Assembly (NCBI RefSeq): GCF_006345805.1
Contig: NW_021830313.1
Location: 1 to 5,043, forward strand
Reading direction: 5' to 3'
Source of the DNA: Octopus sinensis
Taxonomy: Eukaryota
Length of the DNA: 5,043 bases
The notes below the pieces were generated by a model. It was not told where the DNA came from. It saw only the letters and a program-made list of their open reading frames with translations, and searched no databases. Positions within the stretch are counted from its first letter, which is position 1, and each line of letters begins with the position of its first letter. Both the position numbers and the translations under genes were made by a program. This document shows positions 4,881 through 5,043 of this stretch, piece after piece.

Positions 4881-4980
4881 TATGGTTTTAAATTTTGGCA
4901 CTGGGTCAGCAATTTTTGAGGGGAGGAGAAAAGTCGATTACATTGACTCCAGTACTTGACTTCTTCGTCTTTTATCGACC
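4881..4980 (-). mobile_element. Family B SINE 3' portion
   Basis: tatggttttaaattttggcactgggtcagcaattttt...aagtcgattacattgactccagtacttgac...ttttatcgacc is collinear with 2214-2305. Confidence 0.85.
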
Positions 4981-5043
4981 AAGCTGAAAACCAGGATACT
5001 ATGGCCCCGGTTTTCAACATGGTAGCCATGACTGGGAGTGGTT

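Noticed and set aside
4981-5043. GC-richer segment at the window end that may start another repeat
   Set aside because: It is truncated by the window edge and has no homologue within the window.

Overview
This is a non-coding, AT-rich eukaryotic window made almost entirely of interspersed repeats, and no credible protein-coding gene was found. The repeats match my recollection of octopod cephalopod (Octopus) SINEs, which I have not verified by search. There are five copies or fragments of a tRNA-headed SINE with an internal microsatellite ('family A'). There are about eleven copies or fragments of a second tRNA-headed SINE ('family B'), ten of them on the minus strand and mostly head-to-tail, including one dimeric copy with an apparently complete Pol III unit. 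Three elements stand out. The first is a young 295-bp fold-back/MITE (1603-1897) with 84-bp terminal inverted repeats matching at 83/84, a G-quadruplex motif in each arm, and a structured spacer with a partial hammerhead-like motif. The second is a ~180-bp element between two (TA)n tracts (1386-1563) carrying a degenerate minimal type I hammerhead-like motif, possibly Penelope- or retrozyme-related. The third is a 5'-truncated family A SINE nested in a family B copy with a CATACT target-site duplication. Family names A and B are my working labels, and the boundaries of degenerate copies are approximate.
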